From a virus: a DNA stretch of 29,957 nucleotides. Positions 8,388 through 17,516 of the stretch are shown piece by piece. The stretch spans positions 1 through 29,957 of IMG/VR virus record IMGVR_UViG_3300045988_042754; one strand, 5' to 3'. Positions within the stretch are counted from its first letter, which is position 1; every line of letters begins with the position of its first letter. Below the pieces are notes generated by a model. It did not search any database and had not been told where the DNA came from. It worked only from the letters and a program-made list of their open reading frames with translations. The translations under genes were made by a program, and so were the position numbers.

Positions 8388-8721
8388 TTGGGGTGAAATG
8401 ATTACCCCTGAAGAGCGGGAGCGTCTACAGCGTTTCCGCTCTTCTCATACGCGGGACAATCGGCGTGGCTACGATGACGTGGACTTGGAGTTGGCTGAGT
8501 TCGGCATCATGTATGGATGGGGTGCGGTCGAAGCGTACATGATGAACCGGATGACCCCGGACTTTTACCGGCGTATGCTTCATGCGGGCCGAAAAGTCAT
8601 GGAAGTGCAACGGGTAAAATCGTGTATGGACATGCGACAGTCGGTGAATGCGGCCGTTGCAGGTAAGAAAGCTGACAAGCGTTTTGAGAGCGATATGAAC
8701 AAGCGTTTGAGACGTGGATGA
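8380..8721 (+). CDS. Second tail chaperone-position protein (gpT position), independently initiated
   Basis: ATG 8380 follows GAGGTGAAG and overlaps the upstream ORF by 8 nt. This frame is closed by TGA at 8374-8376. Confidence 0.5.
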   Translation: MADWGEMITPEERERLQRFRSSHTRDNRRGYDDVDLELAEFGIMYGWGAVEAYMMNRMTPDFYRRMLHAGRKVMEVQRVKSCMDMRQSVNAAVAGKKADKRFESDMNKRLRRG

Positions 8722-8735
8722 TATAGGAGGCGGTT

Positions 8736-11231
8736 ATGGCGGATATCGGTAGCATCGAGCTTGACGCCAAGATCGATACGTCGCAGTACGAGGCCGGCGC
8801 GGCCACCGTCGAGAAGACGAACGAGCGTATCAAGTCAAGTACGAAAAGCGTCGGCGACTCGCAGGATACCGCCTCGAAAAAGAGTGATGGTTTTAGTAAG
8901 GCGTTCAGCGCCGGTTGGGGTGCCGTCGCCGGCATCGCCTCCAGTGTGACCGGCAAGGTCATTGATTCGGTCGGCGGTCTTGTCGGCGAGATGGTGGACG
9001 CTTCCGATTCCGCGAACAAGTTCAGCTCAACGTTGAAGTTCGCCGGCGTGGATGACAGCAAGATCAAGGCGTTGACGGACAGCACCCAAAAGTATGCTGA
9101 CCAAACCGTGTTCAACCTTGGTGATATCCGTAACGCTACCGCACAGTTGGCGGCGAACGGCGTGCCGAACTATGACAAGCTTGCAGAAGCGGCAGGTAAT
9201 CTTACGGCCGTCGCCGGTGGTGGCGCGAACGAGTTCAAGAGCGTGTCCATGGCGTTGACCCAGACGGCGGGTGCCGGAAAACTGACGACCGATAACTGGA
9301 ATCAGCTTTCAGATGCGATCCCGGGCGCTTCCGGCAAGCTCCAGGAGGCAATGCTGAAGAACGGCGCATATACGGGTGATTTCCGTGAAGCCATGGCTAA
9401 CGGTGAAATCACAGCGGACGAGTTCAATCAAGCGCTTCTCGATCTAGGTATGTCAGATACGGCGGTTGATGCTGCTAAGAGCACGCAGACATTCGAGGGT
9501 GCGTTGGGCAATCTTCAGGCCTCTGTCGTGAAGGCTGGATCCGCTTTCCTTGATGTTTTCAAACCGGCAGCGACTGGTGCTATGAGCGCTGTCGCGGACA
9601 GTATCACGAACGTGGTTTCGTTCTTCCAATCTAACGGTGCGCAGATTCAGGCGACGGCGTCCGAAATCGGTTCGTCGTTCATGTCAACGTTCACGGCGGC
9701 GTTCGACCCGACCTCGATTCAGTCGGCGTTAGATAACGCTTTCACACCGTTGAAGAATGCTTGGACGAGCATAGAGCCTATGCTGACCCCTATCTCGGCC
9801 AACGTGGGCACTTACATGGGTAACGTGATTCAAGGCTTCAGCAACGCTTTTGGAGGGCTTATCGATGGTGTTTCAAAGGTAATTGGAGCCGTGGCCCCTT
9901 ATATCGCTCAATTCATGGAGATATGGACAAGTCTTCAGGCGGCTGTGTCACCAATCATCACACAGTTGGGCACCATCGTCGGTGGATTGTTCGACAAGAT
10001 AGGCGGCATGATAGCCAACATCGTTAACACGGTCGGACCGCCGCTCATGCAGTTCATCAATCAGATCGTTGGCATCGTACAGGCCAACATGCCCACGATT
10101 CAAGCCATCATCGACCAAATCGGTGCGGCAATCAACCAATTGGTGCCGGTCATCCAGCAGATCATCACGACCGTGGTGGATACGCTCATGCCAGCCATCC
10201 AACCGTTGTTCGACGCAATCAGCAATTTCCTGAGCGACGTAATCCCGCCGTTGCTTGCCGGCGTTCAGGCGGTGATTCCCATTTTCGTGAATCTCGCGCA
10301 GACCATCATCAGCAACGTGAAGCCTGTCATTGATGGCATTACGAACGCCTTCAAGGGCGTTATCGAAGTGCTGACCGGTATCATCACGTTCATCACGGGC
10401 GTGTTCACCGGCAATTGGGGTAAGGCGTGGGATGGCATCAAGCAGATTTTCGGTGGCGTCTGGGATGCCATCAAGGGACTTGTGAGCGCGTACATCAACT
10501 CCGTGTTCGGTGTCATCTCCAACGTTGTGAACGGCATCAAAATCTTCTGGAACGGTGCGTGGAATGGTATTAAATCGTTCTTCGGCAACATCTGGAATGG
10601 TATGAAGAGCGCCGCGCAGAATGGCGTGGACGGCGTCATTGGGTTCGTGAAGGGACTGCCAGGCCGCGTACAGGGGTTCTTCTCTAACGCGGGTTCGTGG
10701 CTGTTGAATGCTGGTAAGGCGATTCTCGATGGTCTTCTGTCCGGTTTGAAGAACGCTTGGAACAACGTTACCTCGTTCGTCGGTGGTATCGGCGACTGGA
10801 TCAAGGAACACAAGGGTCCTATCAGCTACGATAGGAAGCTGCTGGTTCCGGCCGGTAACGCCATCATGGGTGGTTTGAACGAAGGATTGCAGGATAGTTT
10901 TGGCGACGTGAAGGACACGGTGTCGGATATCACCGGCCTGTTCGACCCGATCAATGACGTAGATGCGCAGGCGAACGTGAGTGCGGTCAACAGCATGGCA
11001 TCGAGCGTCACGCCAACACCTACGGTCAGCACGGCCACACGCTCCTACGATACGGGTACGAACGGTATTGGAAGTTCGGGTACGGTGGACATGGAGGCGT
11101 TGAGCCTTGTCATGGCGAACGCTTTGAGCGGCAAGAAGTGGGTGCTGACCACGACAGGCCGCGACCTCGCAATCGCAATGATCGATGACATTGACGAAGA
11201 GCTGGCCTTGAAGGCCGATAGGGAGGTTTGA
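8736..11231 (+). CDS. Tape measure protein (831 aa)
   Basis: SD AGGAGG. It is the largest tail-module ORF. It is Ala/Gly/Ile-rich and helical, with C-terminal W/G periodic motifs (GNWGKAWDGIKQIFGGVWDAIKG...FWNGAWNGIKSFFGNIWNGMK). Confidence 0.85.
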   Translation: MADIGSIELDAKIDTSQYEAGAATVEKTNERIKSSTKSVGDSQDTASKKSDGFSKAFSAGWGAVAGIASSVTGKVIDSVGGLVGEMVDASDSANKFSSTLKFAGVDDSKIKALTDSTQKYADQTVFNLGDIRNATAQLAANGVPNYDKLAEAAGNLTAVAGGGANEFKSVSMALTQTAGAGKLTTDNWNQLSDAIPGASGKLQEAMLKNGAYTGDFREAMANGEITADEFNQALLDLGMSDTAVDAAKSTQTFEGALGNLQASVVKAGSAFLDVFKPAATGAMSAVADSITNVVSFFQSNGAQIQATASEIGSSFMSTFTAAFDPTSIQSALDNAFTPLKNAWTSIEPMLTPISANVGTYMGNVIQGFSNAFGGLIDGVSKVIGAVAPYIAQFMEIWTSLQAAVSPIITQLGTIVGGLFDKIGGMIANIVNTVGPPLMQFINQIVGIVQANMPTIQAIIDQIGAAINQLVPVIQQIITTVVDTLMPAIQPLFDAISNFLSDVIPPLLAGVQAVIPIFVNLAQTIISNVKPVIDGITNAFKGVIEVLTGIITFITGVFTGNWGKAWDGIKQIFGGVWDAIKGLVSAYINSVFGVISNVVNGIKIFWNGAWNGIKSFFGNIWNGMKSAAQNGVDGVIGFVKGLPGRVQGFFSNAGSWLLNAGKAILDGLLSGLKNAWNNVTSFVGGIGDWIKEHKGPISYDRKLLVPAGNAIMGGLNEGLQDSFGDVKDTVSDITGLFDPINDVDAQANVSAVNSMASSVTPTPTVSTATRSYDTGTNGIGSSGTVDMEALSLVMANALSGKKWVLTTTGRDLAIAMIDDIDEELALKADREV

Positions 11232-11233
11232 TT

Positions 11234-12121
11234 ATGAAACGTGTATGCCCGCCCATTGCACGAACGCTCATGCCTGTGGAACGTGATTTCGTGCTGACCG
11301 TTGACGGCGATCCGATAGACGAACACGGTTTATGGTTGGAACGCTCCAGTCTTGAAATCGGGGAGGCGTCGCCCTCTCTGTCACATACGACCGCGCCTGG
11401 TTTCAACGGGTCGTATGACACGACGTTGAGGGATACGCTTGGACGCGCGTATCTCGGTTCCCGTACCATATCGTTCACATTGTTCACGGTAGGCGCGCTG
11501 GATGAAATCAGGGAGTCGAAACGTTATCTCGGAGGCTTGCACGGGCGTAGTCTGAAAGTCTCGTGGAGGGTGCAGAAAGGGTGGTTTCGGGGTACTCTCG
11601 CGGTCGGCGCATGGAAGGACGTGTGGGATGGTAGCGGTTTGACCATCGCTTCGGTGAAATGCTCGGTCTACTGTGATGACCCGTTCATGTATGCGGACAA
11701 CAAGGAATCGGTGGGTTTCCGTCTCACGGGTGGCGGTGGCGCGTCCGACTTGTATGCGAACTATAAGGTAGAGGTGCCGTTATTCTACGGTAACAGGGAG
11801 TTCTACCCGTCCAAATTGGATATCACCGTGGACACGGCGCAACGGGTCCGCATCTACTACATGGATGATGAAGGTCTTCCAGAGGAACAGGCGGTGGTGG
11901 AACTGAGCACGACTTCCGCAGCATACTACACGGGCGTCACGCTCTCGTTCGACATGCTTAACCATACGGTCAAAGGTTCCGGCGGTTTCCTCGCCCCGAC
12001 GTTGAACAGCGTGTTCTTCCCGCTTCGTCCGGGCGATACATCCCGACTGCTAATATCGGTTGAGGGACCGAAACCGAAGGCGACGTGCATCATGGAGTAC
12101 ACGCCGCGTTGGATGTTCTAG
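11234..12121 (+). CDS. Distal tail protein (Dit)
   Basis: ATG 11234 lies 7 nt after SD GGGAGG (11221-11226). It follows the tape measure directly and is about 295 aa. Confidence 0.6.
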   Translation: MKRVCPPIARTLMPVERDFVLTVDGDPIDEHGLWLERSSLEIGEASPSLSHTTAPGFNGSYDTTLRDTLGRAYLGSRTISFTLFTVGALDEIRESKRYLGGLHGRSLKVSWRVQKGWFRGTLAVGAWKDVWDGSGLTIASVKCSVYCDDPFMYADNKESVGFRLTGGGGASDLYANYKVEVPLFYGNREFYPSKLDITVDTAQRVRIYYMDDEGLPEEQAVVELSTTSAAYYTGVTLSFDMLNHTVKGSGGFLAPTLNSVFFPLRPGDTSRLLISVEGPKPKATCIMEYTPRWMF

Positions 12122-12132
12122 GGAGGCACGTC

Positions 12133-14385
12133 TTGACCCGTTTCGCAGTCTATGACCGTTTCGGCAATTACAAGCATGATCTGGTTAACGTCGTACAGTG
12201 CAAGCGCACACGCAAGACGGATGGGACGAACACGCTCTCCATCACGTGCCTGAACACGGTCGATAAGGATGACCGTATCGTGTTCAAAGACCCGGAAGGC
12301 AAGTACCGTGAGTATATCGTCACACAGCCTTCAGTCGAACGCGCTGGCACAATTCCGGTTTCCTCGTTCAACGCCGTCGATTCCATCAAGGAACTTGACC
12401 TGAAGTATGTGGATGACAAGCGTATCAATAACGGCACGTTCACCGAGGCGGTAACGAAGGCCATCGAGGGTACGCGCTGGGAGTTGGGTACCATCGCGTC
12501 CGGCACAGTGCAGACGAACTATTATCACGTGTCCGCGTTGAACGCCTTGCAGACGTTTCTGAAAGCGGCCGGCGTGGAGTTCGAGACCGAGGTGAAACCG
12601 TCCGTTGACATGACTCATATCGAGCATCGTCTTATCAATGTTGGTCGGCTTGGCAGTGATTCCGGCAAACGGTTCGAGTACGGTTCCGACCTTCAGTCCA
12701 TCAAACGTACTGTGAGCGCGGACAACGTGTACACGCGGCTTTACGGATACGGCAAAGGGCTTGCCACGACCGATGACGAAGGCAATGCGACCGGTGGTTA
12801 CGGTCGTAAAATCGACTTCGCGTCCGTCAACAACGGTAAGAAGTATGTTGAGGATGACACGGCGCTCCAACAGTGGGGTGTGGTCGGACCGGATGGCACG
12901 AAGGTTCACGCCGAAGGGACGGTGGAGTTCCCCGATTGTGAGGATCCGTCCGAACTGTTGGCGTTGACGAAAGCAGCACTCAAAGAGTCGGTCGTGCCGA
13001 AAGTCTCCTACACGGCGGACGTGGCCGCACTCCAATTGGCTAACTTCGACATCCAACAGCTTCATTTGGGTGACGGCGTGCAGATCGTGGATACCACGTT
13101 CAACCCGACTCTTCGACTCAGCGGCCGTGTGCTCGCCATCGAGGATGACCCGACCGGCGATATTACCAGCATGAAGATAACGCTTGGCAACATCGTCCAG
13201 TCGTACACGCAACGCAACAACGAGCTGAACAGCACGGTCAGTCAATTGTGGTCTTCCAGTGGTGCGGTGAACGATGTGGTGAACGCTAAGCCAGGCTACA
13301 TGCAGCAGGTCGTTGACGGGTTGAATCAGGTGTTGAACGCGACCGGTGGCTGGACGTACATGACGCCAGGCGAAGGCATCATCGTATACAACAAGCCCAT
13401 TGAGCAGAACCCCGACAAGGCGATTCAGCTTGGCGGCGGGTATTTCCGTATCGCCAACAGTAAGAAGGCGGATGGGTCGTGGGATTGGAAGACGTTCGGC
13501 ACGGGTGACGGGTTCCTCGCGGACCTTATCGTGGCCGGCAAGCTCCAGTCCGCCGATGGGAAGAGCTACTGGGATTTGTCGAACAACATGCTTCACATGC
13601 TTGGGTGGTTCCAGACCGTTTCGACGGACGGCCATTCGGAAGCGGCTTTCTACCCAAATTTCGATTGGACTTCCAGCACCGGTGATGCCGCCGATGGGTC
13701 CGGTATCCAGTTCTTCGACCGCAACCGGGAAAGTGTCGCCGACCATGGCGGCTACGTGTCCTATATCGGCTGGGACAAGGTGAACAACAAGCCCTTGCAT
13801 GCTATGCGGCTTGGAATAGACGTCTTCCAGAACAAGAGTGCCGGACTGGGGCTTGGTTCCGGTTCGCTTTCCTCACAGAACGGCACCCCGAACGTGGCTA
13901 CCATGTGGGTATCCGACAAGACGAAGAACCAGAACAGTTTCGGCATCGAGCTTAACTCCGACACGCAAAACGTGTACATAGGTGGCAAGCTTGGTTATTG
14001 GACGAACCTTGGTACATTCCAGTTCTTCTATTGGGAGGGCGTTTCTATAGCCGCCGCCAAGTTTATGGAGTTTGATGTCACGGCACAACCTGCGAAGAGC
14101 GGACGTTACAAGCCTTTGGCTACGCTCGATCATATCGCCTCGGATGGCAACCTGTTCTTTGATACTACGGTTTCCAATGCGAGTGCCGGTGGCTGGAAGG
14201 TGTGGGTGAACAGTGCGCCTAAGACTGTGCAGATAAGCCCGACTACTGCACAATGGAAGGCAGGCACTGTTGGAGGCGTTCCAAATGTCGTGTCTGACCT
14301 GAACGTCAAGTACGGTGATTTCGCCAGGATGTTCTCTGATGGCAACGTGAATTTCTGCCTCAATACGCTTGGCGTGCTTCTCTGA
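12133..14385 (+). CDS. Tail-associated lysin-like / tail tip protein (Tal, prophage tail endopeptidase-like N-terminus)
   Basis: A TTG start at 12133 lies 6 nt after GGGAGG (12121-12126), with GTG 12085 as an alternative. The N-terminus LTRFAVYDRFGNYKHDL... follows the typical Tal pattern. Confidence 0.65.
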   Translation: MTRFAVYDRFGNYKHDLVNVVQCKRTRKTDGTNTLSITCLNTVDKDDRIVFKDPEGKYREYIVTQPSVERAGTIPVSSFNAVDSIKELDLKYVDDKRINNGTFTEAVTKAIEGTRWELGTIASGTVQTNYYHVSALNALQTFLKAAGVEFETEVKPSVDMTHIEHRLINVGRLGSDSGKRFEYGSDLQSIKRTVSADNVYTRLYGYGKGLATTDDEGNATGGYGRKIDFASVNNGKKYVEDDTALQQWGVVGPDGTKVHAEGTVEFPDCEDPSELLALTKAALKESVVPKVSYTADVAALQLANFDIQQLHLGDGVQIVDTTFNPTLRLSGRVLAIEDDPTGDITSMKITLGNIVQSYTQRNNELNSTVSQLWSSSGAVNDVVNAKPGYMQQVVDGLNQVLNATGGWTYMTPGEGIIVYNKPIEQNPDKAIQLGGGYFRIANSKKADGSWDWKTFGTGDGFLADLIVAGKLQSADGKSYWDLSNNMLHMLGWFQTVSTDGHSEAAFYPNFDWTSSTGDAADGSGIQFFDRNRESVADHGGYVSYIGWDKVNNKPLHAMRLGIDVFQNKSAGLGLGSGSLSSQNGTPNVATMWVSDKTKNQNSFGIELNSDTQNVYIGGKLGYWTNLGTFQFFYWEGVSIAAAKFMEFDVTAQPAKSGRYKPLATLDHIASDGNLFFDTTVSNASAGGWKVWVNSAPKTVQISPTTAQWKAGTVGGVPNVVSDLNVKYGDFARMFSDGNVNFCLNTLGVLL

Positions 14386-14909
14386 TGAAAGGAACGGCTA
14401 TGAAGTATGAACAGAACCACGGTCAGGTGCTTGTCACGCTTGACTACGATCCGAACGAGAGGAATGCTTCAGGCGCGACCTGTGGAGGCAGGTTCGTTCT
14501 CACGTCCCCGGCCATTATCGCCTCCTATATGTTGCTTCTCGGATACACGGATGTGGAGGAATGCGTTAAGGCGATGCCGACCATCGTTGAGAATGCGCCG
14601 AACATATACGACGAAGCGACCGGTGATAACGTGTTCACGCCTCTCTATGAGGCTCTTGAAGACACCCTTACAGCGGATACGGATAAGTCTAGGTTTTCGT
14701 TGCTTGCGGCCGTGGAATACCCCGAAGAATCGCTTGTGGAGGCACAGAACAAGGCACGTGAACAGCTTGGACTTCCGAAGCTGCACACCGGCGGCTACAC
14801 GGCCCTCATGTCGGCGCGTTCGACGGAAGAACGGTCAAGCGTACCGGATTGGCTGACTGCTAGTATTGATGAAGAAAAAACGAAGTTCCTCGAAGGACTC
14901 AGGAGGTAG
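14385..14909 (+). CDS. Acidic tail/baseplate accessory protein, unknown function
   Basis: ATG 14385 overlaps the Tal stop. ATG 14400, 6 nt after AAAGGA, is an alternative start. Confidence 0.5.
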   Translation: MKGTAMKYEQNHGQVLVTLDYDPNERNASGATCGGRFVLTSPAIIASYMLLLGYTDVEECVKAMPTIVENAPNIYDEATGDNVFTPLYEALEDTLTADTDKSRFSLLAAVEYPEESLVEAQNKAREQLGLPKLHTGGYTALMSARSTEERSSVPDWLTASIDEEKTKFLEGLRR

Positions 14910-14914
14910 CTGGA

Positions 14915-17071
14915 ATGCCTACTTTTGACGATTACCGCAACATCGACATTGATATCGACGGCGCGAACGACTGGATCCCCGAAATCCGGCTGAGCGGCGG
15001 CGACGTGGAGGGCCGTACCATCACGGTTCGCCTGTTGAAGGATGGCAAGGTCATTGATGACCCGACCAAACACGGTTCGGTCACCTTAACCGCACGTCTA
15101 TTGTTCAACCCGAAGGTCGGTACCGCTTATCCTGGCGGCTACAAGACAATGAGCAAATTCGTGTCCGAAAGCACGACCGGTGAAGACACGTGGGGTTTCA
15201 AAGTCACCGTCCCGCGTGCCGCCTTCACGAACCTCACCAGATCGCATACCGCCATGGCTATCGAAGTGCAGAAGACCACCGGCACCGGCAGTTCTGCGAA
15301 GGATGAAATCGTGTGCTCGCGGACTTTCAACGCCATCGTTGACGAAAGCGTACTGAAAGCTGGTGACGGTACTGACCCGGATCCGTTGGAGGAATGGCAC
15401 AATCTCATCAATCATGGCGACGGTCAGATTCAGGATATGGTGGATCGCGGTAACGCCGCCATCGCCACGTTCAACACGAACGGGCAGCACGCCATCGACG
15501 GTGTGAACACGGTGAAGAACGACATGCAGTCCCTCGTTGACGGCGCGAACATCGCGGCCGGAACCGTGACCGAACGGAAACCGAACGAGGCTCCCACGTT
15601 CGAGTTGACTGGCGACAAGTGGAACAAGACCATGAATCTAGGTCTTCCGCGCGGCGCTTCCATCGCCTCCATTACGGCAAACACGCTTCAGGCTGGACAG
15701 CAGGCCACCGTCACTTCAAACAAGAACGCTGACGGTGATTACAATGTCGAGGTGGGCTTGCCTACCGGTCCGCAGGGCGTTGACGGTTTCCCTGTGTTCG
15801 TCTTCACCTCCGCCATCAGTTCAACGGTCAGCGACTATTCGATTGCGAAAACTTCAGGGAACATCTCGCCAAGGCCGGACACTGATACGAACTATGCGAA
15901 CAAAGCGTTCATCCTGGATGCGGATGGTAGCGTGTTTCTTGTCTTCCGTGATGACAATGAAGGACTGCATGTCAACGGTTCGCAAAGACTATTGAGTCTC
16001 AAAGGTCCGGCAGGCGACACTGGCGGTGTGGCTACCGCCGATAAGGTCGGTGTCGTGAAGCCTGGTTTTGGTCTTGAGGTGGACTCTGCCGGCACGCTCA
16101 GCGTCTCACACGTGGAACCACCGGTAGAGGGGGATTACGACGTGGCGAAAATTCACGGCAACGACTCCACCGGCGCTGGCGTGCTTATCGACCGCACCAA
16201 GGGGCTTGTTTCCTCGGATGCTGGCGTGGCCGTCAACCTGAGCGCCGACAACCCGGGCCTTGAGTTCGACGCGGCGGGCGGCTTGAAGGCGACAGCGCAG
16301 ACGATCGGTGACGGTTCTCATACAAGCAAGGGCATCTTGCAGGTGGGTGATGGGCTCAACGTTGACAACGGTGTAGTCTCGCTTGAAACGGCACAGGGAC
16401 TCACAGTGGATCAAGACGGAGGTAAAAACTCCGTCAGGGTGAAGCTGCCCTCCGGTAAGCGCGGTTTGATGTTCACTAGTAACAACGAACTTGAATTGCG
16501 GATGGTCGAGACTCCGTCCTCGTATTCTTCAGTTCCGCTTGCGAAAACCTACGACGGCGCTGTCGTCATGTTCGACAACACCAAAGGTTTGACGGCACAC
16601 GACAATCAGCTTGCCTTGGCTCCGGCGACTGTGTCCAATCTCGGTGGTGTAACCTATGATGACAAAACCATCCAAATGGTGGACGGTTCCAAACTGTTCG
16701 CGGCAATCGGTTGCGTGTCCAAAGTCAGTATCAATGGCACTTCGTATTCCAACATCGCACCGAAGCCGATCTGCGTTGATTCCGATGATTACGTTAATCA
16801 ATTTGGGATCTGGTTCGGTTTATATGTGAGAGAAGATGCAATCAGCTTCTATAAAATATCATTGGAGTTTCGCATGGTGAACGGTAAGCCTTTCAGATCA
16901 GAAGGTCTCACCAGGCTGGCCTCGTTCCTCAACGGCAAGGGCATTGTGGTCGAAGACCTTACCTCTACTTATATCTCAGACTCCATAGACAGCGGGGGGC
17001 AAATTAATCTGACCCTCCAGAGTAGCCTTACCGTCAAGCAAGGCCCGCACTGGTTCGAGGTGAATTACTGA
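14915..17071 (+). CDS. Tail fibre / receptor-binding protein with BppU-like N-terminus and repetitive shaft
   Basis: SD AGGAGG. The N-terminus NIDIDIDGAND...SGGDVEGRTITVRLLKDGKVIDD is BppU_N-like. A central series of GLxVDxxGxLxV-type repeats is present (GLEVDSAGTLSV, GLEFDAAGGLKA, GLNVDNGVVSL, GLTVDQDGG). Confidence 0.6.
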   Translation: MPTFDDYRNIDIDIDGANDWIPEIRLSGGDVEGRTITVRLLKDGKVIDDPTKHGSVTLTARLLFNPKVGTAYPGGYKTMSKFVSESTTGEDTWGFKVTVPRAAFTNLTRSHTAMAIEVQKTTGTGSSAKDEIVCSRTFNAIVDESVLKAGDGTDPDPLEEWHNLINHGDGQIQDMVDRGNAAIATFNTNGQHAIDGVNTVKNDMQSLVDGANIAAGTVTERKPNEAPTFELTGDKWNKTMNLGLPRGASIASITANTLQAGQQATVTSNKNADGDYNVEVGLPTGPQGVDGFPVFVFTSAISSTVSDYSIAKTSGNISPRPDTDTNYANKAFILDADGSVFLVFRDDNEGLHVNGSQRLLSLKGPAGDTGGVATADKVGVVKPGFGLEVDSAGTLSVSHVEPPVEGDYDVAKIHGNDSTGAGVLIDRTKGLVSSDAGVAVNLSADNPGLEFDAAGGLKATAQTIGDGSHTSKGILQVGDGLNVDNGVVSLETAQGLTVDQDGGKNSVRVKLPSGKRGLMFTSNNELELRMVETPSSYSSVPLAKTYDGAVVMFDNTKGLTAHDNQLALAPATVSNLGGVTYDDKTIQMVDGSKLFAAIGCVSKVSINGTSYSNIAPKPICVDSDDYVNQFGIWFGLYVREDAISFYKISLEFRMVNGKPFRSEGLTRLASFLNGKGIVVEDLTSTYISDSIDSGGQINLTLQSSLTVKQGPHWFEVNY

Positions 17072-17451
17072 TGCCTGAATGGTTCCAATGGTCGACGCTC
17101 CTACTCGGCGGGGGCGGTCTGGCGGGAATCGTCTCAGCCGTGGTCACATGGAGGCATAGCACGTCCGACCAATGGCGCGACATCGTGTCTGCGCAGACGG
17201 AACACCTTATCAAACCGTTGGAGGAGCGTATCAGCACGCTCGAACAACAGGTGGGTGAACTGGAAGGCTACCGGGATCACTACATGCTTGCGGTCGAATA
17301 CCTGCGCAAACTGTTTCACTGGTTGGCGCAGATCACGGATCGTATCGACACGTCGATTCTCGAAGAGAACCCGAAACCGCATTTACCGGACGATATCCGT
17401 GGCGAGTTCGGCGACCTGTGTGACAAACCGAACAGTAAGCCACGGTCTTAG
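17071..17451 (+). CDS. N-terminally membrane-anchored coiled-coil protein (possible lysis or holin accessory)
   Basis: The ATG overlaps the fibre gene TGA. One TM segment is present (WSTLLLGGGGLAGIVSAVVTW), followed by a heptad-like helix (ISTLEQQVGELEGYRDHY). Confidence 0.4.
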   Translation: MPEWFQWSTLLLGGGGLAGIVSAVVTWRHSTSDQWRDIVSAQTEHLIKPLEERISTLEQQVGELEGYRDHYMLAVEYLRKLFHWLAQITDRIDTSILEENPKPHLPDDIRGEFGDLCDKPNSKPRS

Positions 17452-17516
17452 GGTATCGGCCGGAAGTTTGCTAGGGTCATAGTTGGATTATCCATATACT
17501 GATTGGAGGTTCTACT

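Noticed and set aside
7953-8721. Canonical gpG/gpT -1 programmed frameshift
   Set aside because: No -1-frame ORF of 60 aa or more appears in the ORF track downstream of 8387. The downstream ORF is in the +1 frame, which is closed by TGA at 8374-8376. I saw no slippery heptamer in the 8-nt overlap.
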